DNA of 64,000 nucleotides from Candidatus Binatia bacterium (GTDB lineage: Bacteria > Desulfobacterota > Binatia > Bin18). Where the stretch lies: assembly GCA_963664395.2 (NCBI GenBank), contig OY761159.2:2304001-2368000 (forward strand), read 5' to 3'. The notes beneath the pieces were generated by a model. The model saw only the letters and a program-made list of their open reading frames with translations, was not told the origin of the DNA and made no database searches. How positions within the stretch are numbered: the first letter of the stretch is position 1; every line of letters begins with the position of its first letter. The translations under genes and the position numbers were made by a program. Positions 56,515-64,000 of the stretch are shown here, in pieces.

Positions 56515-57549
56515 ATGCAAGATCACTCAACTAACACACCGATACGACAAACGATTGTGAGCGGATTTCGTCCAACCGGCAAGCTCCATCTTGGACATTT
56601 GCACGGCACGCTCACCAACTGGGTTCGGCTCCAAAGCGCGTATCGGTGTTTTTTCTTTGTGGCTGACTGGCACGCGCTGACTACTGGCAATACCACTGCG
56701 GAGAGCATCCGTGACAATACCGAAGAGATGGTAATTGACTGGTTAAGTGTTGGGCTCGACCCACAACAGTCTGTGATCTTCCGGCAGTCCGATGTGAAAG
56801 AGCACGCTGAGCTGCACCTCTTGTTTTCGATGATTACGCCGACGCCGTGGCTTATTCGGAACCCGACCGTCAAAGAGCAGGCGCGCGAGCTGGGCTTTAT
56901 CGACTCTGATGACGAAGCCGCGGTCACCACGATTCACTATGGTCTGCTCGGCTATCCGGTGCTCCAGGCCGCTGACATCCTCATGTACAAGGCGCAGTGG
57001 GTTCCTGTCGGTATAGATCAAGTCCCGCATATTGAGCTGACCCGCGAGATTGCGCGGCGCTTTAATGCGGTATATGCGGCCCGCGTCTTTCCCGAGCCGC
57101 AGGCCCTCTTGACTGAGATTCCAAAAATTCTTGGCGTTGATGGCCGCAAAATGAGCAAGAGCTATGGCAATGCGGTCGTCCTGTCAGACCTGCCGGAAGA
57201 GGTCGATACGAAGCTGTCGCGGATGATGACCGACCCGCGCCGGGCGCGGCGGCGTGACCCTGGCGATCCGGCAGACTGCCCGACCTTTCACCTGCACCGC
57301 CTCTACTGTACTGAGGAAGAAATCGAATTTGTCACGACTGGCTGCAAAACCGCGGCCATTGGCTGCCTTGAATGCAAGAAGGTTATGATCAAGCATGTGC
57401 TTGACGATTTGGCTGAATTCAGAGAAAAACGAACGTACTGGGAAAACCACCGTGACGACGTGCGCGACGTACTCCGGGAAGGGGAACGTCAGGCTCACGA
57501 GATCGCCCGTCAAACCATGACAGAGGTGCGGGAGGTTGTTGGTGTGTAG
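56515..57549 (+). CDS. trpS: Tryptophan--tRNA ligase
   Basis: PTGKLHLGH, YPVLQAADIL, VPVGIDQ, KMSKS. Confidence 0.98.
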   Translation: MQDHSTNTPIRQTIVSGFRPTGKLHLGHLHGTLTNWVRLQSAYRCFFFVADWHALTTGNTTAESIRDNTEEMVIDWLSVGLDPQQSVIFRQSDVKEHAELHLLFSMITPTPWLIRNPTVKEQARELGFIDSDDEAAVTTIHYGLLGYPVLQAADILMYKAQWVPVGIDQVPHIELTREIARRFNAVYAARVFPEPQALLTEIPKILGVDGRKMSKSYGNAVVLSDLPEEVDTKLSRMMTDPRRARRRDPGDPADCPTFHLHRLYCTEEEIEFVTTGCKTAAIGCLECKKVMIKHVLDDLAEFREKRTYWENHRDDVRDVLREGERQAHEIARQTMTEVREVVGV

Positions 57550-57659
57550 GGCGGCGGAAGTGTCAGGCCACGAGAGCAGGTGAGACTGCATGGGCTGCCC
57601 CTTCTGCTGTACGGGGAATGACGAACGGCGAAGAGCGTAGAGTCCACAAAGCCCTTTCC

Positions 57660-58406
57660 ATGTTCTATCGTGTTAAACTCGATGTCTTTGAAGGTCCGCT
57701 CGACTTACTGCTTCATCTCGTCAAAAAGAACGAGGTGGAGTTGTCCGACATCCCCGTTGCTGAAATCACCGACCAATACTTAGCCTATCTCGATCTACTC
57801 GAACAGCTTGATCTGGACATTGCGGGCGAATACCTGGTGATGGCAGCGACCCTGCTGCACCTCAAATCTCGTCTCCTGCTGCCTGTTGAGGAAACGCCTG
57901 AAGAAGAAGATGTCGAGGACCCGCGGGCCGAGCTGGCCAGACAACTGCTCGAATACCAACGCTTCAAAGAAGCGGCTGATGTGCTGATGAGTCGGGATAT
58001 GCTCGACCGCGATGTCTTTACGCGTCCACCCATGTCCGATGGACTGGAAGGCGAAGAGGACGCGGTCTATGATTTGTCGCTCGGCGATCTGCTCGATGCC
58101 CTGCAAGACGTCATTAAACGGGCAGACTCTGAAGAAACGCAGCAGATCATTCTTGAGCATGTTTCTTTACGTGATTACCTGTGTGCTATACTCGACACGT
58201 TACGGGAGAAAAGAGAAGTACTCTTCGACCAACTCTTTCCTCAGGATTCAACCCGCCTTCAGGTCCTTGTGACCTTCCTCGCCGTCCTCGAACTGGTCCG
58301 CAATCGGATGATACAGGTGCGACAAGAGAATCCCTTTGGCCCGATCGTTGCCTCCCTGGCAGTGAGTCCGGAGGAGCCCTTACCCGAGGCGCTCGAACAC
58401 GTATGA
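57660..58406 (+). CDS. scpA: Segregation and condensation protein A
   Basis: FEGPLDLLLHL, YLVMAATL..LKSR.LLP, TFLAVLEL. Confidence 0.96.
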   Translation: MFYRVKLDVFEGPLDLLLHLVKKNEVELSDIPVAEITDQYLAYLDLLEQLDLDIAGEYLVMAATLLHLKSRLLLPVEETPEEEDVEDPRAELARQLLEYQRFKEAADVLMSRDMLDRDVFTRPPMSDGLEGEEDAVYDLSLGDLLDALQDVIKRADSEETQQIILEHVSLRDYLCAILDTLREKREVLFDQLFPQDSTRLQVLVTFLAVLELVRNRMIQVRQENPFGPIVASLAVSPEEPLPEALEHV

Positions 58407-59098
58407 GAACAGATAAAATCAAAGCGATCGCTGAGAGTCTGTTATTTGCATCCGGCGTGCCCTTGCCGCTCCGCCGTTTGGTCGAGGTCATTGGAGCAAC
58501 CAAGGGAGAAGTGAAGGCTGGCCTCGCTGCCTTACGAGCCGAGTATACGGGCCCCTACCGAGGCATTCGGCTTATGGAAGTGGCCGGCGGGTACCAGTTT
58601 CGGACTGTTTCTGATCATGCGGACTACGTGAAAGCGCTCGGTCGGGATAAGCCGGTGAAACTGAGTCGGGCCGCACTCGAGACCCTATCGATCATTGCCT
58701 ACCGTCAGCCCTTGACGAAGATCGAGATTGAGGCCATTCGTGGGGTAGACGTGGACGGTGTGTTAAACTCCCTCCTGACGCGAAAGCTCATCAGCGTCCT
58801 GGGGCGCAAAGATGTGCCCGGCCGGCCGTGGATATACGGCACCAGCCCGCAGTTTCTTGAAATTTTCAATCTTGATAGTACTAAGGACCTTCCTCCGCTG
58901 CCTGAAATCCATGAGCCAACGGTAAATCCGTATGCAGAAGACATCCCAGATCCAACGGCTACAGAAAATCTTGAGTCAAGCAGGGGTCTCCTCGCGCCGG
59001 GCAGCGGAGAAATTGATCCAAGCGGGACGGATACGGGTGAATGGGCAAACGGTCACCCGTCTGGGCACAACGGCGGACCCACGCCAGGACCACATTGA
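58403..59098 (+). CDS. scpB: SMC-Scp complex subunit ScpB
   Basis: ESLLFASG, EVAGGYQFRT, LSRAALETLSIIAYRQP, IRGVD, PGRP. Confidence 0.96.
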   Translation: MRTDKIKAIAESLLFASGVPLPLRRLVEVIGATKGEVKAGLAALRAEYTGPYRGIRLMEVAGGYQFRTVSDHADYVKALGRDKPVKLSRAALETLSIIAYRQPLTKIEIEAIRGVDVDGVLNSLLTRKLISVLGRKDVPGRPWIYGTSPQFLEIFNLDSTKDLPPLPEIHEPTVNPYAEDIPDPTATENLESSRGLLAPGSGEIDPSGTDTGEWANGHPSGHNGGPTPGPH

Positions 59099-59705
59099 AG
59101 TTGATGGGCAACTGATCGATCTGCCCTCCGGCTGGCTGTATTTCCTGCTGCACAAACCCCCCAGCGTAGTCAGCACCCTCAAAGATCCGGAGGGCCGCCC
59201 GACGATCCGTGATTTGCTCTCCGGCGTTCGTGAACGCGTCTTTCCTGTTGGTCGTCTTGACTATGCCTCGTCCGGGCTGCTGCTGCTGACAAATGACGGC
59301 GCGCTGACTGAACGTCTACTCCATCCACGTTTTCAGGTGCCTCGCACCTACCAGGCAAAGGTGGGCGGAGTTGTCGCCAGAAGAGCGCTGGCTGAGCTTC
59401 GCCACGGCGTGCGATTGGACGATGGGACACTTGCAGCTCCTGCCGAGGCGCATATTCTCCGGGCAACGGTCCGCAAAACCTGGCTCGAACTGGTTCTGCG
59501 CGAAGGACGTAACCGCGAGGTGCGCCGGATGTGTGAAGCACTCGGCTATCGGGTGGAAAAACTGGTCCGCGTGCAGTACGGCCCGCTCAGTTTAGACGTG
59601 CGGGTTGGCGCGTACCGCACGCTTACCCCACAAGAGATCAAACAGCTCAAGCGCCTGGTTGAAAAGCCTGCGCAATCACGGTCTTACCTCAACCCCCGGC
59701 CTTGA
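58932..59705 (+). CDS. rluB: RsuA/RluB-family pseudouridine synthase with S4 domain
   Basis: RLQKILSQAGVSSRR, GRLD..SSGLLLLTNDG, EGRNREVRRM; scpAB-rluB synteny. Confidence 0.9.
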   Translation: MQKTSQIQRLQKILSQAGVSSRRAAEKLIQAGRIRVNGQTVTRLGTTADPRQDHIEVDGQLIDLPSGWLYFLLHKPPSVVSTLKDPEGRPTIRDLLSGVRERVFPVGRLDYASSGLLLLTNDGALTERLLHPRFQVPRTYQAKVGGVVARRALAELRHGVRLDDGTLAAPAEAHILRATVRKTWLELVLREGRNREVRRMCEALGYRVEKLVRVQYGPLSLDVRVGAYRTLTPQEIKQLKRLVEKPAQSRSYLNPRP

Positions 59706-59730
59706 CTTCGCCCCATGGGGACGATACATT
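59702..59730 (+). promoter_or_regulatory. Sigma70 promoter TTGACT-N17-TACATT for the tRNA
   Basis: 17-bp spacing, 35 nt upstream of the tRNA 5' end. Confidence 0.65.
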
Positions 59731-59765
59731 TATTAAACGTAGCGCAGGCTGCGTTTTTTGTCCTG

Positions 59766-59839
59766 CGCGGGGTGGAGCAGTCCGGTAGCTCGCGAGGCTC
59801 ATAACCTCGAGGCCCTAGGTTCAAATCCTAGCCCCGCAA
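59766..59839 (+). tRNA. tRNA-Met(CAT), initiator (fMet) type
   Basis: Cloverleaf CGCGGGG..GAGC/GCTC..CGAGG-CTCATAA-CCTCG..CTAGG-TTCAAAT-CCTAG..CCCCGCA-A; C1:A72 mismatch; followed by CCT rather than CCA. Confidence 0.95.
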
Positions 59840-59844
59840 CCTAT

Positions 59845-59878
59845 GAAAGCCCCGAAGTTATTGAACTTCGGGGCTTTC
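59845..59878 (+). terminator. Hairpin terminator after the tRNA
   Basis: GAAAGCCCCGAAGTT-ATTG-AACTTCGGGGCTTTC, 15-bp perfect stem. Confidence 0.8.
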
Positions 59879-59902
59879 GCCGTTATAGAGCCCGTCAAAC
59901 AA

Positions 59903-59931
59903 GTGAGCAGGCGAGCAAGCGAGCAAGCGAG
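59903..59931. repeat. 8-bp tandem repeat GYGAGCAR, about 3.5 copies
   Basis: GTGAGCAG GCGAGCAA GCGAGCAA GCGAG. Confidence 0.75.
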
Positions 59932-59942
59932 ATTGTGTACGT

Positions 59943-61682
59943 ATGGAATCAGACACTACGCACGGCAAAGACTCCATTCGCTACGAACCCAACGAAAATC
60001 CACCGCCCCTGCTCTCCTTCGGTATCGGCTTGCAGGCGGCCATGCTCGTGGTGGGCGGGATAGTGTTGACCCCTGCGATCGTGATCCGGGCGGCCAACCA
60101 GAGCGAGGTCTATCTGTCCTGGGCGATCTTCGCGGCGCTCATCATCAGCGGAGCAACCACCATCCTGCAGGCCTTACGGGTCGGGCGTTTCGGAGCCGGT
60201 TACGTCCTTATCATGGGGACCTCCGGCGCTTTCATCGCAGTGTGTATCAGCGCACTGGTGGAGGGCGGGCCGGCGCTGATGGCGACGCTCATCTTTATCT
60301 CGTCCTTGTTTCAGTTCGTCCTGGCGACTCGGCTGTCGCTCTTGCGGCGGATCATTACGCCGGTTGTTTCGGGTACGGTGGTCGCGCTGATTGCCGTGAC
60401 CATTATGCCCATCGTATTTCGGATGGTGTCGGACGTGCCTCAGGGCACGCCGCTGGCAGCGGCGCCAGCGTCTGCCACTGCCACCCTGGTAACGATTGCG
60501 GCGCTGGCGTTGCGCGCGTCGGGTGTGTGGCGGCTATGGGCACCGGTCATCGGCATTGGGATGGGCTGTGTGGTCGCCTGGCTCTTCGGTCTCTACGACG
60601 TCGCTCGCGTGGCCGAGGCGGCTTGGGTCGGCGTGCCGACATCCGGCTGGCCGGGCTTTGACCTGACGTTTGGTAGCGAATTCTGGGTGCTTTTGCCGGC
60701 GTTCGTTTTTGTGACCCTGGTTGGGGCCATTGAAACCGTCGGCGATTCGGTGGCCATTCAGCGTGTCTCATGGCGCACACCCCGCGCAGTCGATTTCCGG
60801 ACGGTCCAGGGTGCGGTCAACGCCGACGGTCTGGGCAACTTGTTGTCCGGTCTGGCCAGTACTGTGCCGAATACGACCTACTCAAGCAGTATACCGCTCG
60901 CCGAATTGACTGGAGTGGCGGCGCGCAGTGTCGGGGTGTGCCTCGGCCTCGTCTTCATCGCCCTCGCGTTTCTGCCCAAGGTGGCGGCACTGCTGCTCGC
61001 CATTCCGAATCCGGTGGTTGCCGCCTATCTCATGGTGCTGATGGGTATGCTTTTCGTACAGGGCATGAAGATTGTTGTGCAGGGCGGCATCGACTATCGG
61101 AAATGCCTGGTGGTTGGGCTCGCCTTCTGGCTCGGCGTGGGCTTTCAGAATCAGGACATCTTCGCCGACCAACTCAGCGCACAGTGGAGGGCGCTGCTCG
61201 GCAACGGCATGACGACCGGTGGCTTGGCCGCCCTCGTTATGGTTCTCTTCATGGAGCTGACGGGTCCGCGGCGTCAGCGCCTGGAAATGGACCTGGACAT
61301 GGCGGCCCTGCCCAAGATTGACGGGTTTCTGCGTGAGCTTGCGTCAGGCTTCGGCTGGAATACCGCCTCGACGGAGCGCTTATGCGCGGCCGGCGAGGAG
61401 ACGCTCCTGAGTCTCGTCCAACAGGAAGACGAAAGTGTCTTCGACAAGCGGCGCCTCTTCGTTGTTGCGCGCGGTGATGGCACGGCAATCGAGCTGGAGT
61501 TCGTGGCGGCGATCGGCGACGAGAATCTCGAAGACCGCATGGTCCTGCTGGACGCGCAGAACGCCACGCCCGAAGAGCACGAGATTTCTCTCCGCCTGCT
61601 GAAGCACTTTGCGGCCTCGGTCCGCCACCAGCAGTATAACGACATCGACATCGTGACCGTGCGGGTCGAGGCATCGCGCTAG
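59943..61682 (+). CDS. NCS2 (xanthine/uracil) family permease with a C-terminal cytoplasmic RsbW/GHKL-like domain
   Basis: RYEPNENPP, GTSGAF, ITPVVSG, IETVGD, ADGLG, PNTTYS NCS2 motifs; about 140-aa soluble tail. Confidence 0.85.
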   Translation: MESDTTHGKDSIRYEPNENPPPLLSFGIGLQAAMLVVGGIVLTPAIVIRAANQSEVYLSWAIFAALIISGATTILQALRVGRFGAGYVLIMGTSGAFIAVCISALVEGGPALMATLIFISSLFQFVLATRLSLLRRIITPVVSGTVVALIAVTIMPIVFRMVSDVPQGTPLAAAPASATATLVTIAALALRASGVWRLWAPVIGIGMGCVVAWLFGLYDVARVAEAAWVGVPTSGWPGFDLTFGSEFWVLLPAFVFVTLVGAIETVGDSVAIQRVSWRTPRAVDFRTVQGAVNADGLGNLLSGLASTVPNTTYSSSIPLAELTGVAARSVGVCLGLVFIALAFLPKVAALLLAIPNPVVAAYLMVLMGMLFVQGMKIVVQGGIDYRKCLVVGLAFWLGVGFQNQDIFADQLSAQWRALLGNGMTTGGLAALVMVLFMELTGPRRQRLEMDLDMAALPKIDGFLRELASGFGWNTASTERLCAAGEETLLSLVQQEDESVFDKRRLFVVARGDGTAIELEFVAAIGDENLEDRMVLLDAQNATPEEHEISLRLLKHFAASVRHQQYNDIDIVTVRVEASR

Positions 61683-61699
61683 GCTGGGATCATCAACCC

Positions 61700-63115
61700 C
61701 TACTCGACGGACGGCTTGGCGTCCTGCCAGGGACACATCTGCTCAAACGCTGCGGAGGCGCGCAGCACGCCGGCATCATCGAAGCGCCGCCCAACAATTT
61801 GGAGTCCAACCGGTAAGCCCGACTTGGTGAACCCGCACGGGATGGACGCCGCGGGGTTGCCAGTCAGGTTGAAGGGAAACGTAAAGGCGAGCCACTCGTA
61901 CGGGGCGAGCCGGGTGCCGTTCACTGATTCGGCATTGTCGAGCCCGACCGCAAACGGCGGGCAGGGCAGGGTCGGGGTGAGCAGCAGGCTGTATTTCTCA
62001 AAAAACTTCTGAACCCCGGTATTCCATTCCAGGCGCGCAAACCACGAGTCAATATAATAATTGGCTTTCCATTTGTGCGTTTTTTCAATCAGCTTCACCA
62101 GATTGGGATCAATATCCGACCGGCGCGTTTCGAGGGCCGGTCCCAATCGTGCGGCAATCCCGCCACAAAACAGCCCCTCCCAGGCCGGTTGCGGGTTTGG
62201 CCACTTGGGTTTGACGCTTTCGACCCGACAGCCCAAGTCCCTGAACCGTCGGGCCGCCTTGGCGCACAAGGCTTTGACCTCTGGATCAATCGCCTTGGTA
62301 AAGCCCAGATCGTCACACCAGGCCACCCGCCAGCCTGTCAGCGAGCCCTTGAGGGCTTTGACATAGTCGGTTGTATCAGCCGGCAAAGAGTATTGATCGC
62401 GCCCGTCCGGCCCTGCCGTGACATTCAGCATGAGCGCGGCATCGGCCACCGTTCGCGTCATCGGCCCAACATGAGACAAACTCCAGGCTCCGCTCGGCGG
62501 ACACACCGGAATCCGGCCAAAAGACGGCTTGATCCCATATACCCCGCTGAACGACGAAGGGATACGAATCGAGCCGCCCCCGTCCGTTCCTATGGCGAGG
62601 GGTCCCAGGCCGGCGGCAATCGTCGCTCCGGCCCCACCGCTTGAGCCGCCCGGTGTCAGGGCGACATTCCACGGATTCCGGGTTGGTCCGAATAAGAGAT
62701 TGTGGGTGACTCCCAGCCAGCCAAATGTTGGCGTATTTGTCTTGCCGAGTTGAATGCCTCCTGCCGCTTTCATGCGCGCTACCATAGGGGCATCCTCGGT
62801 CGGGATATTGTCGGCGAAGAGGGGGGTCCCAAACGTCGTGCGAACCCCCTTGGTTATCACTAAATCCTTGGTTGAGAACGGAACGCCGTGGAGTGGGCCA
62901 AGTGAAGCCGAACGCTGCATGAGCATTTTCTCGGCTTTGCGCGCGTCGCGCAGGGCGGCTTTGTCCGTCAGGGTGACAAAGGCGTTGAGCTGTGGATTGA
63001 GTTGGTCAATCCGATCAAGTACCGCGCGCGTGACTTCGACCGGGGAGAGCTGTTTACGCCGAATCGCTTTCGCCAGTTCGGTTGCAGACAACCAGCAGAT
63101 ATCGTCCTTTGCCAT
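61700..63115 (-). CDS. Amidase (amidase-signature family)
   Basis: HGVPFSTKD, GKTNTP, GGSSGG, GTDGGGSIRIP, GLPVGLQ. Confidence 0.95.
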   Translation of the reverse strand: MAKDDICWLSATELAKAIRRKQLSPVEVTRAVLDRIDQLNPQLNAFVTLTDKAALRDARKAEKMLMQRSASLGPLHGVPFSTKDLVITKGVRTTFGTPLFADNIPTEDAPMVARMKAAGGIQLGKTNTPTFGWLGVTHNLLFGPTRNPWNVALTPGGSSGGAGATIAAGLGPLAIGTDGGGSIRIPSSFSGVYGIKPSFGRIPVCPPSGAWSLSHVGPMTRTVADAALMLNVTAGPDGRDQYSLPADTTDYVKALKGSLTGWRVAWCDDLGFTKAIDPEVKALCAKAARRFRDLGCRVESVKPKWPNPQPAWEGLFCGGIAARLGPALETRRSDIDPNLVKLIEKTHKWKANYYIDSWFARLEWNTGVQKFFEKYSLLLTPTLPCPPFAVGLDNAESVNGTRLAPYEWLAFTFPFNLTGNPAASIPCGFTKSGLPVGLQIVGRRFDDAGVLRASAAFEQMCPWQDAKPSVE

Positions 63116-63427
63116 GGCATCCTCCTTTTCCCTCTCTGTGTACGAATCTTCCAGACATGAGGCAAGCTCCTAGGGGACAAGAAGACTTTGATACGGCCGC
63201 ATCCCTCTCTGATAATCGCACCTTGCCTCAATTCCGACTGAATGGTAGGGTTCCCGTCTCTTATACGGTTCATCCCCTGAGTCGCGCTTCTCTTTTTCTC
63301 CCAAGCAGGACTCTCTGAGCCTGCAACCGGGAGCAGTCAAAGCCTGCAACGAGACGGAGTAGACGGCGGTGGGGGACCCGGAGGAAATGAAGCGTTACCA
63401 CTCTCGAACGCATTCAGGAGTTTATAC

Positions 63428-64000
63428 ATGTCCGAACAGCAAGCAGATATTTCAGCCCAACGTGTGGCTTATCGTGTTGAAGAAGAACTGACCATTGTCG
63501 GTGACGCCTGGGGTGATGCCGAGAACCCACCGGTCCTGCTCCTGCACGGTGGCGGCCAAACGCGCTTTGCCTGGGGGAATACGGCCCGAACCCTGGCCGA
63601 GCAAGGCTGGTATGCGGTGTCCCTGGACCTGCGCGGTCATGGTGAGAGCGGCTGGGCTCCGGACGGCAACTACAATATCGAGAAGTTTTCCGCGGACCTC
63701 CACGTTGTGTTGGGCCATTTTGATCAGCGCCCCGTCCTGGTGGGCGCTTCCCTTGGCGGCATTACCTCAATGCTTACCGAGGGTGAAGCGCCGGAGCCGG
63801 TGAGCGCCGGGATCGTCTTAGTCGATGTCACGCCACGGGTTGAACAGAAAGGCGTGGACCGTATCCGGGCGTTCATGACCGCCCGCCCGGACGGTTTTGG
63901 CAGTCTGGAAGAAGTCGCCGACACCATCGCCGAATATATTCCCCATCGGCCCCGCCCAAAGGATGTGAGCGGCCTAGCCAAAAATATGCGTAAGGGAGAG
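63428..64000 (+). CDS. Alpha/beta hydrolase, runs off the window edge
   Basis: Manual translation MSEQQAD...LLHGGGQTR...DLRGHGES...GASLGG; SD AGGAG upstream. Confidence 0.88.
   Translation, partial: MSEQQADISAQRVAYRVEEELTIVGDAWGDAENPPVLLLHGGGQTRFAWGNTARTLAEQGWYAVSLDLRGHGESGWAPDGNYNIEKFSADLHVVLGHFDQRPVLVGASLGGITSMLTEGEAPEPVSAGIVLVDVTPRVEQKGVDRIRAFMTARPDGFGSLEEVADTIAEYIPHRPRPKDVSGLAKNMRKGE

Noticed and set aside
59758-60661. ORFs 59758-60063 and 59843-60661
   Set aside because: They overlap the tRNA, its terminator and the NCS2 gene in other frames.
59766-61700. Genomic island integrated at the tRNA-Met
   Set aside because: No integrase and no duplicate of the tRNA 3' end found within the window.
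1-64000. CRISPR array
   Set aside because: No regularly spaced repeats with unique spacers; the tandem repeats are spacerless 8-12-mers and the 54-bp element is dispersed.

Overview
Bacterial chromosomal window of moderately high GC. Gene content and order resemble deltaproteobacteria-like lineages such as Ca. Binatia; this taxonomy is inference only. Most of it is core and lipid/acyl-CoA metabolism: cinA-thpR-recA-recX-alaS-phoH-ybeY, lnt-prfB (programmed +1 frameshift), rimO, dksA-like, etfBA, two biotin carboxylase systems, mltG, rplU-rpmA-obg-proBA-nadD-rsfS, fabF-fabH, phnA, trpS-scpAB-rluB and an initiator tRNA-Met. Two small accessory islands stand out. (1) At 30.4-32.6 kb, a MqsR-like toxin and an MqsA-like antitoxin with an extra C-terminal tail are followed by a KGGVGR-motif ParA-like ATPase-TPR gene, with tandem palindromic operator-like sites upstream. 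(2) At 11.3-14.6 kb, a membrane-anchored GrpE-like protein is paired with an atypical Hsp70-fold ATPase ending in a membrane hairpin, followed by a frameshifted Zn-ribbon/TM gene. Other features of note: a 53-54 bp palindromic element in three copies (two supply a host gene stop codon), a 30-bp direct-repeat scar at the alaS 3' end, several 8-12 bp tandem repeats, an ALDH1L1-N-like formyltransferase locus, and an NCS2 permease fused to a degenerate RsbW/GHKL-like domain. No CRISPR array, integrase or transposase was recognised. All family calls come from reading motifs by eye; no searches were run.
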